A DNA stretch of 64,000 bases. It comes from Trichoplax sp. H2 (lineage: Eukaryota). The position numbers and the translations under genes were made by a program. Under the pieces are notes generated by a model. It had not been told where the DNA came from. It did not search any database and was given only the letters and a program-made list of their open reading frames with translations. Below are positions 1 to 19,509 of the stretch, piece by piece (position 1 is the first letter of the stretch; each line of letters begins with the position of its first letter). The stretch lies in NCBI GenBank assembly GCA_003344405.1, contig NOWV01000001.1:1426001-1490000 (forward strand), given 5' to 3'.

Positions 1-656
1 AATACTTTGTAAAACGTTGTGCGTAAATGGTTCCTTTTCAAGGTCCAGTGTACAAGAGGTATTTTACCTGCTCATAGCAGGTAGCGTCTACTCCGCCAAT
101 CTTACTATTTCTGTCTAAATCGATTTTTTTGTAGCTCTGCAGCCAAGTTAGACAGTGTTTTTCGACATAATTTTCAGGCCATAAAAACTGTATTTTAGCC
201 TAAATAATGAAATGAACTCCAATGATGATAACTATGGTTAAAAGTACGAGTACATGTTTGTGAAGACTTTTCTTTTAAAATTATGCTTTCCCCTACTTCA
301 TCTATGACGTTACAGTATGTAGATTGCATCGGGTCCGATCAAGTTACCGTTGTTTCGCTAGTAATTTTTCATGCTATTACGCTATAGTATTGATACTCTA
401 GTAGCAATGTGGTTAATCATAGCAATAAATCCTTCAACTATTCTCCTACTTTATTGTACAAACTTTGCAAATAATCCTCATTGTGATGCATTCTTTTTTA
501 ATCTTGAAGTAATCACTAACTCAAATATTAAATTGACAAGATGTCGTACTTGATGAAAATGGAACATGTTAAATTCTAAAATTTTTCCATAGCTGGTTTT
601 TACTAAGGAAGAAAGATTAATAGAGCTACTCTTTACCTTTTCTTTTTGCTACTTAG

Positions 657-5439
<4,783 letters not shown>

Positions 5440-6127
5440 TGACTTTCTCACTAAAATTTGTGTGATTGTTATACAGTATTTGACGCAAATCAATAAAGTT
5501 TTCATATTTCTTCCAAGTACTGACGCTGTTGCCTTCTAGTTAATTTCTCGATATCAAAAATCGATTCTTGACAAAATTGTACAAGCATGTATTCTAAGCA
5601 GGTTTAGTCGCATTAGGTTTTAGTAGTTAATAAGTATCTGATAAGTAACTGCACGTAAAGCCATCAATTGAAATAGACTGAATTTTCTTCAACACTTTAT
5701 TAAAATTTTATCATCAGACAACGTAAACCATTTATATAGTTTAGGGAACAGAAAACGAAATTATAACAAGTTTTTTGACTTTAAATCGGCGTATATCACC
5801 GTCACTTAACTGATAACAATATAGCCAGTAGTGTTCGAGGCCGTATTTGCTCTTGCATCTAAGAAGAATATTATTTACAGACATGGAAATAAATAATATC
5901 AAATTAATTTTAATTTTGAATGATAATCTCTGGCAAGAAATCTTCAGTACCACAAAGTAATTCATTAAAAGAAAATTGCATTGTTTGGGATAAATCATAA
6001 GGTACTTGATAGACGGTAAACTAATTTATATTAGAATTTAGAATTTTTAATAAAGCTAAGAATGATAAATATAAATAGATTGTAGTAGCTTTTTATCCCC
6101 AATCGGAATAATTTATCCAACTCCATT

Positions 6128-6983
6128 TTATTTTGGTGGAGTTTGAGATCCAGTATCTGTTTCATTTTTCGATAAGTCCGCATCTTTCATTGTTAGATTT
6201 GGTGAACTTGTTTGACGAATAACAATATCCGATGCTCTTAGTTCGCTGTAAATATTAGTTGATGTAATTAACTTCAGTGATAAAGCAAAATACTTTTCAA
6301 TTGTAATACATGTAAATAATATTATTAGTGAGTTGCTAAAGCCGTTACGTTGAATTACTATCAATCTTACGTATAAACCTGCTACGTGCTAAGGCTTTAA
6401 TTGGTATAACATTATATCATCGAGAAAGCGCAGCACTTACTGAGAAGGAGTCAATTCCAAAACAGACGAATGATGCCTTTTCTCCCTCTGAGCGTAATCG
6501 TTAGAAGAATCGGTTAGCTGAGTTGTTGAAATTTGAAACGGTACTCCTGGATTGGTAACAATTATTTGGTCGGCCAATGGATTACTTCTTCTGCAAGCAA
6601 TGTGACATTTTAAAATATTATTTTAGTGGATAGGAAATGCAGAAATAAAATCTGCAACTAGAACAAATGTATGAAAGATAGCTAACTCTTACTTTTCACG
6701 CTTTTCTCCAATGGTACGAAGCCACTGTAGTAGATTGAAGTCTGCGACACCTATGGCATTATAACAGTAAAATATAGTATATATAATCGGTTTCATTTTA
6801 CTTTTTGCTTCTGAAAGAGTAATAATAATAAGTCTATATAGGTTTTCTACCTGATGATAAGCCGGGGTTTGTTTGACCGATGTAAATATATAACAACAGT
6901 GTTACTGAAATATTAGCTAATGCATATCCCCAATTTGTGACAAAGCATAAAATAATACAGCTTACGGCCTAATAAAACAAGAC

Positions 6984-7014
<31 letters not shown>

Positions 7015-10000
7015 AGTAAATTACATTTTCTATATTGAAAAATGCAATATTATAACTCTAATATTTATATTAATTTAAATTTTAATTACCCCAGCGAATG
7101 ATAGCCATCTATTGCATAATTGTGAAAAGGAAGCTTTCGGTTTTCCACTTATTTCTAATATTATTTCTAAGTACAATTGGTAAAAATCATTGTTTTAATT
7201 TCAAAAACTTTACTCTTCAGTAGAATCAATGTTTTCCTTTTTTACGCTTTATTTTGATAATGAATAGTAAATTATAAAGCATATCGATATGGAAACGGAC
7301 TAAGATTAAAGTAGATTTTTAATACCTTCAGTTGTCTTATTTTGTGATAGCAACTGTTGCTTATCATCATCGTCATCTCCTATTGCTTCCTCTTGAATAT
7401 CTGCATGACCATTAAAATTTTTGGATTTTTTGTCGTCGCTAAGACTATTCTCGATCTTATTATTTCGCTTTTCATCGGTTTGTCCATCATCGTTAATAGT
7501 AATTTTAACACCATCCTGCTTAGAATATGTCGCTTGATGGCTTAACGTACCATATTCCTTACGGTCGATGCTAGCTTGCTTAGGAAGTGGTACAGAAGGG
7601 CTATAGTAGGAACTCATAACACTTTTATTTTTCCTCTCGACTTCATTTAACGATTTCCAGCTGTCATCTTCAGTATCATGCCAAATTGTTCTTTCTTGCT
7701 GTATTTCTTGCTGCTTATCATAACTCATAGCTAATGCAAAGTATGAATAATTTATTGCACTATAGGTAATCATAAATGGCATAGCGACAATTGGACCGAG
7801 GGTATTTAGATGACCAATTAAAATAAAAACGAATGATAATAATCCAATTATAAGGGTTGCTAGCCAAGGTTCTTTATTTGGTCCTCGCTAAATATATTAG
7901 ATAAAAAAAATGGCCAAGCTATTGGTTAGCACTCATCATATATAGATATATATATATATATATATATAAGCATTACGAGGTTTTGTAGCTATAGTTGTTT
8001 GTTAATTATTAATATCCTATACGTATCATTCTTTGCAATATTAATGACGACAAGGATTTAATATAGTAAGAGTAATTCAATTTACCCCTTTCGATAGATT
8101 TTTTAGGATAGGGACAACATCATCTAGTGCAATCTTTTGTAATACCCTTGGGGCCCCGTATAATCCTCCAAAACATGATGATAACGAAGAGATATATAAA
8201 CCTATCAGAAAGAGAACAGTAATCCATGATACCTATTTTGAAATTATGAAAGTAGTAATTTGAGTTAATTTGAGAGACGAAATCATAGTAATGAAGATTT
8301 TTGCTAGATTACACAGTACTGTACTTACCCTACTAGCAATTAAATAGTCACTGACAAGGGCATCGTTTGTACATACTGAACCAAGTAATATGGCAAAAAG
8401 TAGGTAAAGGAATCCACTAGAGTAAAATCAATTAATCTCTTTTAAGTCCATAGTAAGTAAGTGATGGGTATAACCTTAATAATAATGCCATTAAAGTGAC
8501 CTATTTTAATTTACCTTACTGCTAAACTAGTTAGCGATCCGGTAGGTATACTTTTACCAGGATTTTTCAAATCACCACTCATATTTACTCCTGCCATAAC
8601 ACCCGTAGCAGTAGGAAAGAATACACCAAATACAGTAGAAAACGATTGGCCGGGTTGGAAATGGGGCCACGTATTATTGATAACCGTTTCTAATTTATAG
8701 CCAGTAATACCAAATGCTGCAGTGTAAAAAAGAAAGCAATTATGATTGATATTTAATTATCCATTCTTACATTTCAACAGTTAATTTTTCCATCAGAATG
8801 AATGATAATTTTTCATACCAGCATTTGTATCTTTGTGAATAAATGTGCCTAAGACAAAATCTACAACTGCTAAGCCCAAAAGTCCGAGTAAGACTAATTG
8901 TAACTTGATAACCCATTTAACACCAGCTAAAACAATAGCCAGAAGAACAAGTAGTGTTAAAGTACTAGTTAATCGAATAATCCAGATATTTTCTGTCCGA
9001 AAGACACCAGCCAGTGATTCACTAAATCCTGTTATATATAACGCTGTACCGACGGCCTAGTTGCAATACGATATAAATTGTTATTGGTTAAAATAGAATG
9101 GATCAGTAACTTAATTTTAAGGTTAGCTCAATACTTAGTAAAATGGTGAGAAAAAATATGATACCAGTATTAACTACTCATTGAAATGGAAAATTTACTT
9201 GTCCGAAACAGTATAGAACGCCAAAAGTTGCACCCCATCGCCTTCCAAGGACGTGGGATAGCAAAAAGTAAACGCCTCCACTTCCAATTCTCGTACGTTC
9301 ACATATACCAATAGTTGATAATACTGTAATTAAAGCTATGCCAAGTGTAATAAGGATGATTACCATGGATAAAATAATTCCGGCGTTGCCCTATTGCCCA
9401 TATACAGGTAATAATGGTAATCATAATTTATGTAAGTGATGATTCACAATAGCAATGTTAAATTTTTTAACTATAATTACTTCATTCAATTTAATTTTTC
9501 TAATGCATATATGGTATATCAGAGGTGTAATGTATAAAAATAATAAGTTTATTTTTCTAGAAGAAAGATTTTATAAGCAATAACTATGACATTCGAAATT
9601 TGATACTCTTATATCACAATGCAATAGAAATTTTACGATTTAATACTAATTTATAATAATGCTCGATTTAGTGGTAATAGTAAGTATAGTAAATGCGCTA
9701 TGGTATTCATGGAAGATTTTTGGATTAATGGAAAAATATAATCTCTTGAATAGCTATGTTAAAACTACCAGTTGTTTGCTTTCAAAGATACATTACAGTA
9801 CCATTGTACTAAATTCATTTAAAATTATATTACTATTTACAGTTGGTAAAATAATAAATCAAAGAAGAATTACTATCTATACGTTTATATTACTAGCGTC
9901 GAGTTGTAGACACCATCTTATCGTTCATTATATAGCATTAACAATGATGTTTAAAATGTACCTCGTATAGCATAGGCATAGACGTAAAAGAAAGAATGTA

Positions 10001-13000
10001 ATTTATAGTAGTACTTACAACCATCCAGCCGGTCCTAAGGAAAATGACCACACCAAAAATATTAATCATGCAACTAGTAAATACGCCTATATTGAATGAG
10101 AATTCAAAAGGAATCAAAATTATTGTTATAAATTAGTTTTCAGTGCTTAATATACATGGAAAAAATTAAAAGATAATGGAATGTAACGAGAATAATTTGT
10201 TGCATGTCTATAAATTTTAGTGTCGCCAATGCAATCATTAAAATAACAATTTTTAACGTATATCTATGATTATTAATAGAATCGCTTTAGTTGATTTATT
10301 TCACTAATACCCATATATCCAATAGTGTTACTAATTACATTATTATGATTAAGGCATAGCTTAACGTTACTTACCGTCCCATGTACCAAATAAAGCGGGC
10401 TCTCTGACGAAGAAATTTGCTTTCCACCATGGTTGGAAACCTTTTGCCTAATAAAATACCATTAAAACTTTCATTTCAATATCTTTCATGAAACTAAGTA
10501 TTGTTAGTAAGATACTATATTACAGTGTTGTTTTCGTGTATGTATCATTGCGCAACTATCAAGATACCATTAATTTACTCATTAAAACATAAGACTGTTG
10601 TATTATTTTCCTTGAAGAAATAGATAGCATTGGTATAAGAAATATTGATCACAAATGAGATTCCAGTTAGGATAAAGAAAAAATAAATATGATTAGCGAA
10701 TGATATCGCTCAATTATTGATAATCAAGTGAGCTTCCACATTCGTATATCATTTTAAGAATAAATATATACCGGTTAAGTTTCAAGACATAGCAGACGAG
10801 TGTTGTAAGCATTGATGGCCATAAATTTAAACATGAATTTAGAAGTAACAATAGAATAGAATTAATTAAGGAGTAAGCTACTAAACCATTTCCATATCCA
10901 ATCATTTCATTTTTTTTTTATAGTACATCTTGAAGGAAAATACTATTTTTGATGAATGGATAACTCCACCCCCTGTTAGAAGCAACAATTTCTATAGTAT
11001 AAACTTCTAGCTATTTTTTGGCGACCGATAATAATTTAATTTATAGGAAAATTCGTGACGAAATCATAAATATAATTGGTATATTTTATGTCTTTTGAAG
11101 TCATTCATTGGGGGTATACTTGTATACGTGTAAAAGTATTTCCGTGAGAATTATTAACGCCAACTGTAACTACTGGTCTACTAAGGTGATATTACAAGTT
11201 ATTCATTTTCTATTAATACCGTATTTCTATCTCTATTTTAAAATAAGTTATTCTTAAGCAGTGATTGCCCAAGTAAGGTAAGCTGGTAGATTACATAACC
11301 ACTATGTTATCTATTATTTAATGCTTCCAGTCATTTTGAATACAAATAGTATTTTATCTTGAACTGTTAGTGTAAAATGATTTCCAACGTAACTTTGATT
11401 CTAGGATAATCCATTGAAAGAATAAAATAGATATCATATCGAATGCTAGCCAAGCTATAGTATAACTAAATGACATTGTCAATATCCATTAGAGTTAATA
11501 CTTTGATCGAATGCATACATATAATTCAATCCTATGGGAAGAACTAATCTACAAAGCCTATAGCCTCTATTGTGATATACGTATAATTCGATATCACCAT
11601 CTGGCTCATTATTTGGATATTAATAATTAAAATTATCACTTGGAAGGTAATATCATTAATTGTATTTTTCCTTCCATCGAATTGTATGGTAGAAAAGGGA
11701 AAAGTACCAATTATAAACAAGTAAATAAGTATCTGGTCAATCTAAAATATCTTCTACACTATATACCTCTCTATATTATTCCATACGCTATATATATACG
11801 GGTATTATCATGATTAGGAGAATAATGCAAGAAATCTTTTCTCAAACTATTGTAATAAAATTGCCTAAAATCCGTTGACTTTGTCTAAAAATAATAGGAT
11901 AATAATAAATTGTGTTAAAAATGCTTGAAATAGAGTATCCATTAGATTATGATCACCAACTAGTTCATGAGTTCATAAGGAAGAGATTTTCCTTGCCTTC
12001 TATATATCCCATCGTAAGCTTGTTCAATTTTATGATCATCATTGTGAAGAAGAAATGGTAGTCTGGTAAAGGATTCCGGGTAGAATAGAATAGGAATAAA
12101 TTGTGATCACTAACCGTAGGTCAATGAGGAAGAAAAGCTTTACTCTACCATCTCAAAACCCCATTATAAAACTTGTCAAATTCGTCTAGGATCATTGGGA
12201 AAGAAATATTGCGATCAGGGAAGGGATTTTGAGTCGATTAGTATAGACTATCATCATCAATGATGGACCCATGTCAAAGAATATCTTTGCTCTTACAATT
12301 ATGCCAAATATTTGAGGTGCCTAAGAAATCAACCATGAGATACCTTTCTATGTAGCCTATTACAAGCTGGTTGAATTCTATTTTTATTATAGTTATTGAG
12401 AAAGAGAAAATAATGGTTATGAAAGCGATTGTAAGTAGAATTAGAATAGACTATAATAATTACAAGGGTCAATTAGGATAAAGGCTAAAAAAAGAAATGT
12501 CTCATTTTGGTTACAAAAGTATGTTGAATAGATTTCATTTATTTTGATGAAAGTGGTTTAGTCCAGATTAGTCATTCGATATTGTATTGCTGCGCTTATT
12601 GCATTTTCCTTTTCAAAAGTAGAATCGATTAAAAGGGCCAGAGATAATACAGTTCAAGTAAAAGACTAAAACTATGACAGTATTTTTATTGCGAGGAAAT
12701 ATTCAACTTGAAATTTTATTTTCGAGATAGATCGCATTTGAGTATGTTAAGTGTCTATAGAAGTAATGTGGCCGTGGTGTACCTTATTTCGGTGATAGGG
12801 TTCATCATTAAATCTATTTTCGAGATAGATCGCATTTGAGTATGTTAAGAAAGTGTCTATAGAAGCAATGTGACAGTGGTACCTTATTTTGGGTGATAGG
12901 GTTCGTCAATAAATCTATTGGATGTTGAATAGATGGCAAAGCGTAGTTTACAGTTTGTGCCTCGTTGGATAATTTTAAAAAAAGATTGTCAACAACTAAA

Positions 13001-16000
13001 GTACTCCAATCTAATGGTAAACAAAATAATTCGAAATTGTCGTCAATTCTATCTATAGTATNNNNNNNNNNNNNNNNNNNNGACTAAAACTATGACAGTA
13101 TTTTTATTGCGAGGAAATATTCAACTTGAAATTTTATTTTCGAGATAGATCGCATTTGAGTATGTTAAGAAAGTGTCTATAGAAGTAATGTGGCCGTGGT
13201 GTACCTTATTTCGGTGATAGGGTTCATCATTAAATCTATTTTCGAGATAGATCGCATTTGAGTATGTTAAGAAAGTGTCTATAGAAGTAATGTGGCCGTG
13301 GTGTACCTTATTTCGGGTGATAGGATTCATCATTAAATCTATTTTCGAGATAGATCGCATTTGCGTATGTTAAGAAAGTGTCTATAGAAGCAATGTGACA
13401 GTGGTGTACCTTATTTCGGGTGATAGGGTTCGTCAATAAATCTATTGGATGTCGAATAGATGGCAAAGCGTAGTTTACAGTTTGTGCCTCGTTGGATAAT
13501 TTTAAAAAAAGGTTGTCAACAACTAAAGTACTCCAATCTAATGGTAAACAAAATAATTCGAAATTGTCGTCAATTCTATCTATAGTATATATGGAGTGGA
13601 TGCGGAAAATGGATGGCTATGACTTATAGAAAGAAATAAAAAGCAATGGAAAATATCGAATTTATACATCAAGTCTATTGGTATCCATAAGGACGTTTCC
13701 AAAAAAAAATGTTGAAGGTTGGAACATTGGCCGGTAAAATTAAAATATCGAATTTCTACAGCAGTCTATTGGTATGTTAAAGCAACATGGCCTGTTCAAT
13801 TAATTTATCCGATGTATAGAGAGAGAGATACACAAAATCTATTGGTAACTATGTCGATATGGACGTTTTCATGGAATGTTGAACAAGTTGGCCTATAAAA
13901 TTCAATATCCAATTTCTATACAAAATCGATTGGTATCCATGTCGATATGGATGTTGGAATGGATTGTTGGAAGAAAATGGGGCCCGTAAAATGAAATGNN
14001 NNNNNNNNNNNNNNNNNNGGTGATAGGGTTCGTCAATAAATCTATTGGATGTTGAATAGATGGCAAAGCGTAGTTTACAGTTTGTGCCTCGTTGGATAAT
14101 TTTAAAAAAAGATTGTCAACAACTAAAGTACTCCAATCTAATGGTAAACAAAATAATTCGAAATTGTCGTCAATTCTATCTATAGTATTTATGGAGTGGA
14201 TGCGGAAAATGGATGGCTATGACTTATAGAAAGAAATAAAAAGCAATGGAAAATATCGAATTTATACATCAAGTCTATTGGTATCCATAAGGACGTTTCC
14301 GAAAAAAATGTTGAAGGTTGGAACATTGGCCGGTAATATTAAAATATCGAATTTCTACAACAATCTATTGGTATGTTAAAGCAACATGGCCTGTTCAATT
14401 AATTTATCCGATGTATAGAGAGAGAGAGAGAGAGAGATATACATAAAATCTATTGGTAACTATGTCGATATGGACGTTTTCATGGAATGTTGAACAAGTT
14501 GGCCTATAAAATTCAATATCCAATTTCTATACAAAATCGATTGGTATCCATGTCGATATGGATGTTGGAATGGATTGTTGGAAGAAAATGGGGCCCGTAA
14601 AATGAAATGCCTAAATTATCTCCAGAATCAATCAATCGTAAAATGTTTAATAGATCGACATTTGTAGTAGATTGTTCTTTAAAATAGGAGAGAGAAAGAC
14701 AAGGCTTAAAAACATTGAATACAAATAGTATTCCATTCAACTTGAACTGCTGCATCTAAGCACCAGACTAGTTATCCATTGGCATGTCTAAATTGGAAAT
14801 TTCTTCTTTCCAAGTGACAAGAAGTAATGTTGTGGGCAAATTTTGTTTTTATTGACTTTGACAATAAAAAAAGGAGCATTGAATAGGGACAACATCTGTA
14901 AAGTAATGTAAAGTAGGCTCGATGTAATTGTTGAATGGCTTTTAAAGCTATTGAGTTATTGCCTCTATCCTTTGCAGCTTATAAAAGATACAACAGCAAC
15001 GACAAGAAAAAATGAAAGTAGATTGTCCACATTGTCGGCCGATTGGAAGGCACATCAATCGATTGTATCCTGATGGATTGGTGTTAAAGTACTTGGATGC
15101 ATATGGAAAGTAAATAAAAAAAAAGAAGAAGAAGAAACTGCTCCTTCTTTGCATCTATCCAATGATTGGCCAAGATTAATTATTACCGCTAGTTTAATTG
15201 ATGGAATCAAAAAGTCCTACGCATCCATTTAGTATTCAACTCGTTTGAATAAATGGATAAAAAATTGGGGCTATGAATGATTCAACAATTGTTGACATTG
15301 ATTCAAGAATGATTAGTGGCCTACTATTTTTATATCGTCGTTTACTCGTCTTACTTAACGATTGTACGGTTTAACTATTTCAATCAAACAGTTTTGTTAT
15401 TTAGTTTAAAAGTTGAATTATTTTTTTTTCTTTTCATGAAGTAACGGAGAAATAACTATAGTATTTCAAAGTGATGATGATCGTAGTTTTCATTGAACCT
15501 ATTCTATTGATTTTCTAACTTCCTGTAGGTAAAAAGTAACTTGTACAACATCACAACTTTATCATGTAGTCAAAAGGATAAATTTGAAATGAAACTATTC
15601 AAGTTGACAATTCAAATTATCCATAAGTGTAAAAAAGAATGAAATTAGCTGAAGGAGAGATAGTTGAAAATGCAATTCTAACTGTAAATAAGGTTACGCA
15701 AGGAGTTTGAAAAAAATCAGAATCCAAAATAATCATTCATGCAAAGTGTTGAGGTGGTTCAGGAGAATTGCGTTTTATTCTTGGTAAAGGAATAAGTGTT
15801 GTAGACATTTGGTTATGCCATATCTGTCATGATTCAATTAGAACTAGCTTTAATTTACCTCTCGTTCTTCGTCTTCTTCGAATAAATCTTTCATACTTTT
15901 CCCTGCTTGATGAGATGGAGTTGTATAAATTTCTAACGGGCTATTTGTTGATGTTAAATCAAGACCTTGATCTAGATTGCCATCCGATGTCTGGACTTGA

Positions 16001-16041
16001 TGATGATTTAAATTAGAGTTATTTTGATCTGAACTTTCCAT
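6128..16041 (-). CDS. SLC12A8: Cation-chloride cotransporter family member SLC12A8 (CCC9), about 14 exons
   Basis: Exon 1 16041-15859 (MESSDQ...[10 protein letters not shown]). Following exons give [102 protein letters not shown] and [15 protein letters not shown]. The end is either CAG-TAA at 6437 (…[12 protein letters not shown]) or, after splicing, exon 6245-6128. Confidence 0.92.
6984..7010. repeat. (TA)n microsatellite in an SLC12A8 intron
   Basis: Run of tatatata...; a similar run occurs at about 7945-7968. Confidence 0.9.
12663..14600. repeat. Near-identical duplicated blocks with an internal ~87-bp tandem unit in SLC12A8 intron 1, spanning two N gaps
   Basis: 12663-13061 matches 13082-13590, and 14019-14600 matches about 13420-13998. 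The unit 'tttcgagatagatcgcatttgagtatgttaag...ggtgtaccttatttcggtgataggg' recurs. N runs lie at 13062-13081 and 13999-14018. Confidence 0.85.
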
Positions 16042-16379
16042 TTTACTTTAACTTGTTTAAGCTTTTTCAGGTAGAACATCCAATTGATAGTATAAGTTAT
16101 ATATATACAGGACTTGAGAGGAGTTGTTGCTGTCTTCTATGATACAGTAATTAATGTCAATGTCATGAGCTAATTTGCACTTCTCTTTAGTTGCGGCTAT
16201 CAATCCATAAGACAAAAATGAAAAAGAAATTGAGAAAAAAATAATTTCATTTCTTCCCTTGTTGAATCAAAGTAGATCGATGAAGAATAGTTGCATTATT
16301 TAAATTGGTTATTTGTTATGCTCTAATAAAGAAAGAATAAGGAGATGATAATTTCATAAATTTATATTGGATTGCTGTA

Positions 16380-18300
16380 AAAAGGAGGTAGGATTATAAC
16401 TTGAACTCTTGATCGTATCCTAGTAGAATCGCTGAGTGATATCCATCCGCTAGAGCTATGGAGAAGCGATGGAAAGGTCGAAAAAGATTGCATGGTTTAA
16501 CAACATTTGCTCGTAGACGGTAGTCATGACTGTTTCTACCGTCTCTACTTTCAGCGATAATATTGGAAGAGAGAATGATCCTATTTTGAACTTTCGATAC
16601 CTCTATTAATATTCTCCTAGAATGGCGAGATGGTGGACACTTAACGAAAGCGATGGATAAGCGATTGAAAAGGGGAAAGTAAATCGGCTGTTCTACTCGA
16701 TCAATAAACGAATTAGTGGCATGATGACAATAGTACAAACTTGTCAATCTCCATTTCTACTTACAACGATTCAAAATGGATATTAGTATCATTGCAATTT
16801 TTGATCCCTCTGCTAATCTTCACCTAGAAGGGCGAGATGATGCTTATGAACAAGGAGTATAGAGAAGGAATTGCAGAAAAGGAAAAAAATGAATGGGGAT
16901 GTCCATAGTTTTACTCATTACTCGATCGATAAGGCGAAATCATGACACGACTTTAATCTCTACTTTCAACCATGGTACTGAAGAAGAAAGACATGATGAT
17001 GGTTTGATTCTCTGATTTCTTGGATGTTATCCTAGAAATAGCGAGAGCTGCGGACAAGCGATTGAAAGGGAGGGCAAGGGAAAGAATGAGGACATTGATA
17101 GTTTTACCAGATCGAGAAAAGGATAGATGAAATTCTATCTCTACTTCTAAATACAGTGTAGAAGAAGAAAAGGATTATGATTTTAAGGGGAAGAATGAGG
17201 ATATCGCTAGTTTTACCAGATCGAGAAAAGGATAGATGAAATTCTATCTCTACTTCTAAATACAGTCTAGAAGAAGAAAAGGATTATGATTTCGAGGGGA
17301 AGAACGAGGATATCGATAGTTTTACCAGATCGAGAAAAGGATAGATGAAATTCTATCTCTACTTCTAAATACAGTGTAGAAGAAGAAAAGGATTATGATT
17401 TCGAGGGGAAGAACGAGGATATCGATAGTTTTACCAGATCGAGAAAAGGAATGAGGATATCGATAGTTTTACCAGATCGAGAAAAGGATAGATGAAATTC
17501 TATCTCTACTTCTAAATACAGTGTAGAAGAAGAAAAGGATTATGATTTGAATGTATGAAACCTTGCTCAATGCTCATGTCCTTCTTGGATGGCAAGATGA
17601 TGGGCGGGAGTTATCATGATCCAAGGAGGGAAAGGACAAAGATGGCGATTATTTATTTTGACTACTGTAGAGGAATAAACTAACGGATCAAATCCTAACG
17701 ACACATTCAGTCTCTATCTCTACTTACTACTACGGATTGAAGAATTTGGACACATGATTATGATTTGAATCTTTGATCTTGGTGCTGTTATCCTCTTGCA
17801 ATGGCAAGATGATGTTGACGAAGGCGAGATGGAGTGATCCAAGGAGGAAAAGGACAAGGGTATCGATTATTTTACTACAGTAAATGGACCAACTAGCGGA
17901 TGAAATGATGACGATAATTTCAATCTGTACTTGCAACTACAATATGAAAGAAAGGGGATTGAAAATGAAGGATCCGATTCTAATTTCAATCGCTGCTACC
18001 TTGCTCCTATCCTTGTAGGATGGCGAGATGATGCTTATGAAGGAGAATGGCAGTGATCCAAGGAAGGAAAGGATATCGATTACTTTACTACCGTAGATGG
18101 ATCCATTCAAGGCTGAAATGATAGAGACACCTTCAATCTCCATCTGCACTCGCAACTACGCTATTCGAGAAATAGGATTCGAAATGAAAGGCATCATGAT
18201 GATTTGAATATGTGAAAGCCTGTGCTAAAAAACGCCAGTCCTATTCTGCTGGAATAACAAGATGATGTCCATTTATTATCATTTTTAAGAGGGGAAAACC
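16380..18300. repeat. Degenerate ~210-bp satellite-like repeat region upstream of SLC12A8, containing a homogeneous 109-bp tandem array at about 17085-17550
   Basis: Motifs 'atctctactt', 'gatggcgagatgatg' and 'aaggatatcgattactttact' recur. The 109-bp period is seen from atcgagaaaagg at 17111, 17220, 17329 and 17438. Confidence 0.8.
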
Positions 18301-19509
18301 CAGTCTGTCCATCATCGTATTGCATCCCAAACAGACTGGCTAACTGGAGTTTCATGCTATGACGACCATCATGTCACTGCTGTATATCGTCTCTATCGCA
18401 ATTTTGAAGTATCATGAAGGTATCAACATCATTTTGTCATGAAGGAAAAGGATTGGATGAGGAAAATACCCTTACAAAACGTTGGTTTATCCTCCTTTCA
18501 TTCAAATGAACTATGGTGATGATCAAGGTGGACAGTATAGCAAACAGACTGCTATCGACTAATGTACGCTTAAAGCCAAACGATGATTGTCCATTTTGAA
18601 AAAGGCAAAATACGCCTGGATGAAGAAGAACAACTCAAACTGAAAGCATGGTCATCCACGGCCATTTTAACTGGGAGAATCAAGGATGAATCTTCAGTTA
18701 GAATGACAAGAGATCAACTTACCCCTAGTTGAAGATCATTTCCATTCTTCGATCATTCTTAAACGATAAAGATGGACTTTATCCTCTCGCTCGTTTGCAA
18801 CAAGCGAGGAATGCCGACGCAAGAAGAAGACGAAGAGAGAGGGAATAAAATGAATGCAATCGCAATCGCTGGTCGATTGAGCGATTGCAATATCCAATTG
18901 GTTGACGACAACGAGTAAGTAATTGCTGTTTGCCTAGTCCAAGGTTAGTCTAATAGAGAAGGGAAGTGGATCAAGACTTTCAATTCTATCCATATAAATA
19001 ACAAGTTATGCAGTTAATCAAACTCTTTTTTCTCTTACTGCTGATTGAATCAATAGGTAAGACAATAGCTAGAAAAGAGATCATAAGGCGTAGAATTGGT
19101 TAATGCACCTCCTGGTGTTCTTTATTGATGCTGTAGAAATGGCGATGGGATACTATCGCCAACCAAGCTACGCAAGTAGTCTTGCGTAGCTAGTTAGACT
19201 TCTACTAGGATGATGATGTCCATTTCTCATGGCAAAAGTAAACATAACTTCTCTCTTGTCTGTTTATGGTAGTCAAGTTAACAATCTATTGTCCAGGTCG
19301 GCAACAATCGTTGAAGAGAAATTGTATAGCGGCAATAGAGTAGTATTTGCATTAATGGTTGCAACAATCCTTTCCTTCTCTTGATGACGATGATTGACAG
19401 AAAATCATCTCCCTATTATACGTTCCATTTCGACATTGAAAGAAAGTCTTGCTCTCGGCTAGACGGGGGGGTCCTGCCTAGCCATTAATGGATGGCCAGC
19501 CGGAATGAT

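Noticed and set aside
17730-18155. Two similar adjacent hydrophobic ORFs suggesting a tandem small-protein family
   Set aside because: They start at non-ATG codons and correspond to units of the degenerate ~210-bp repeat; neighbouring units do not keep the frame.
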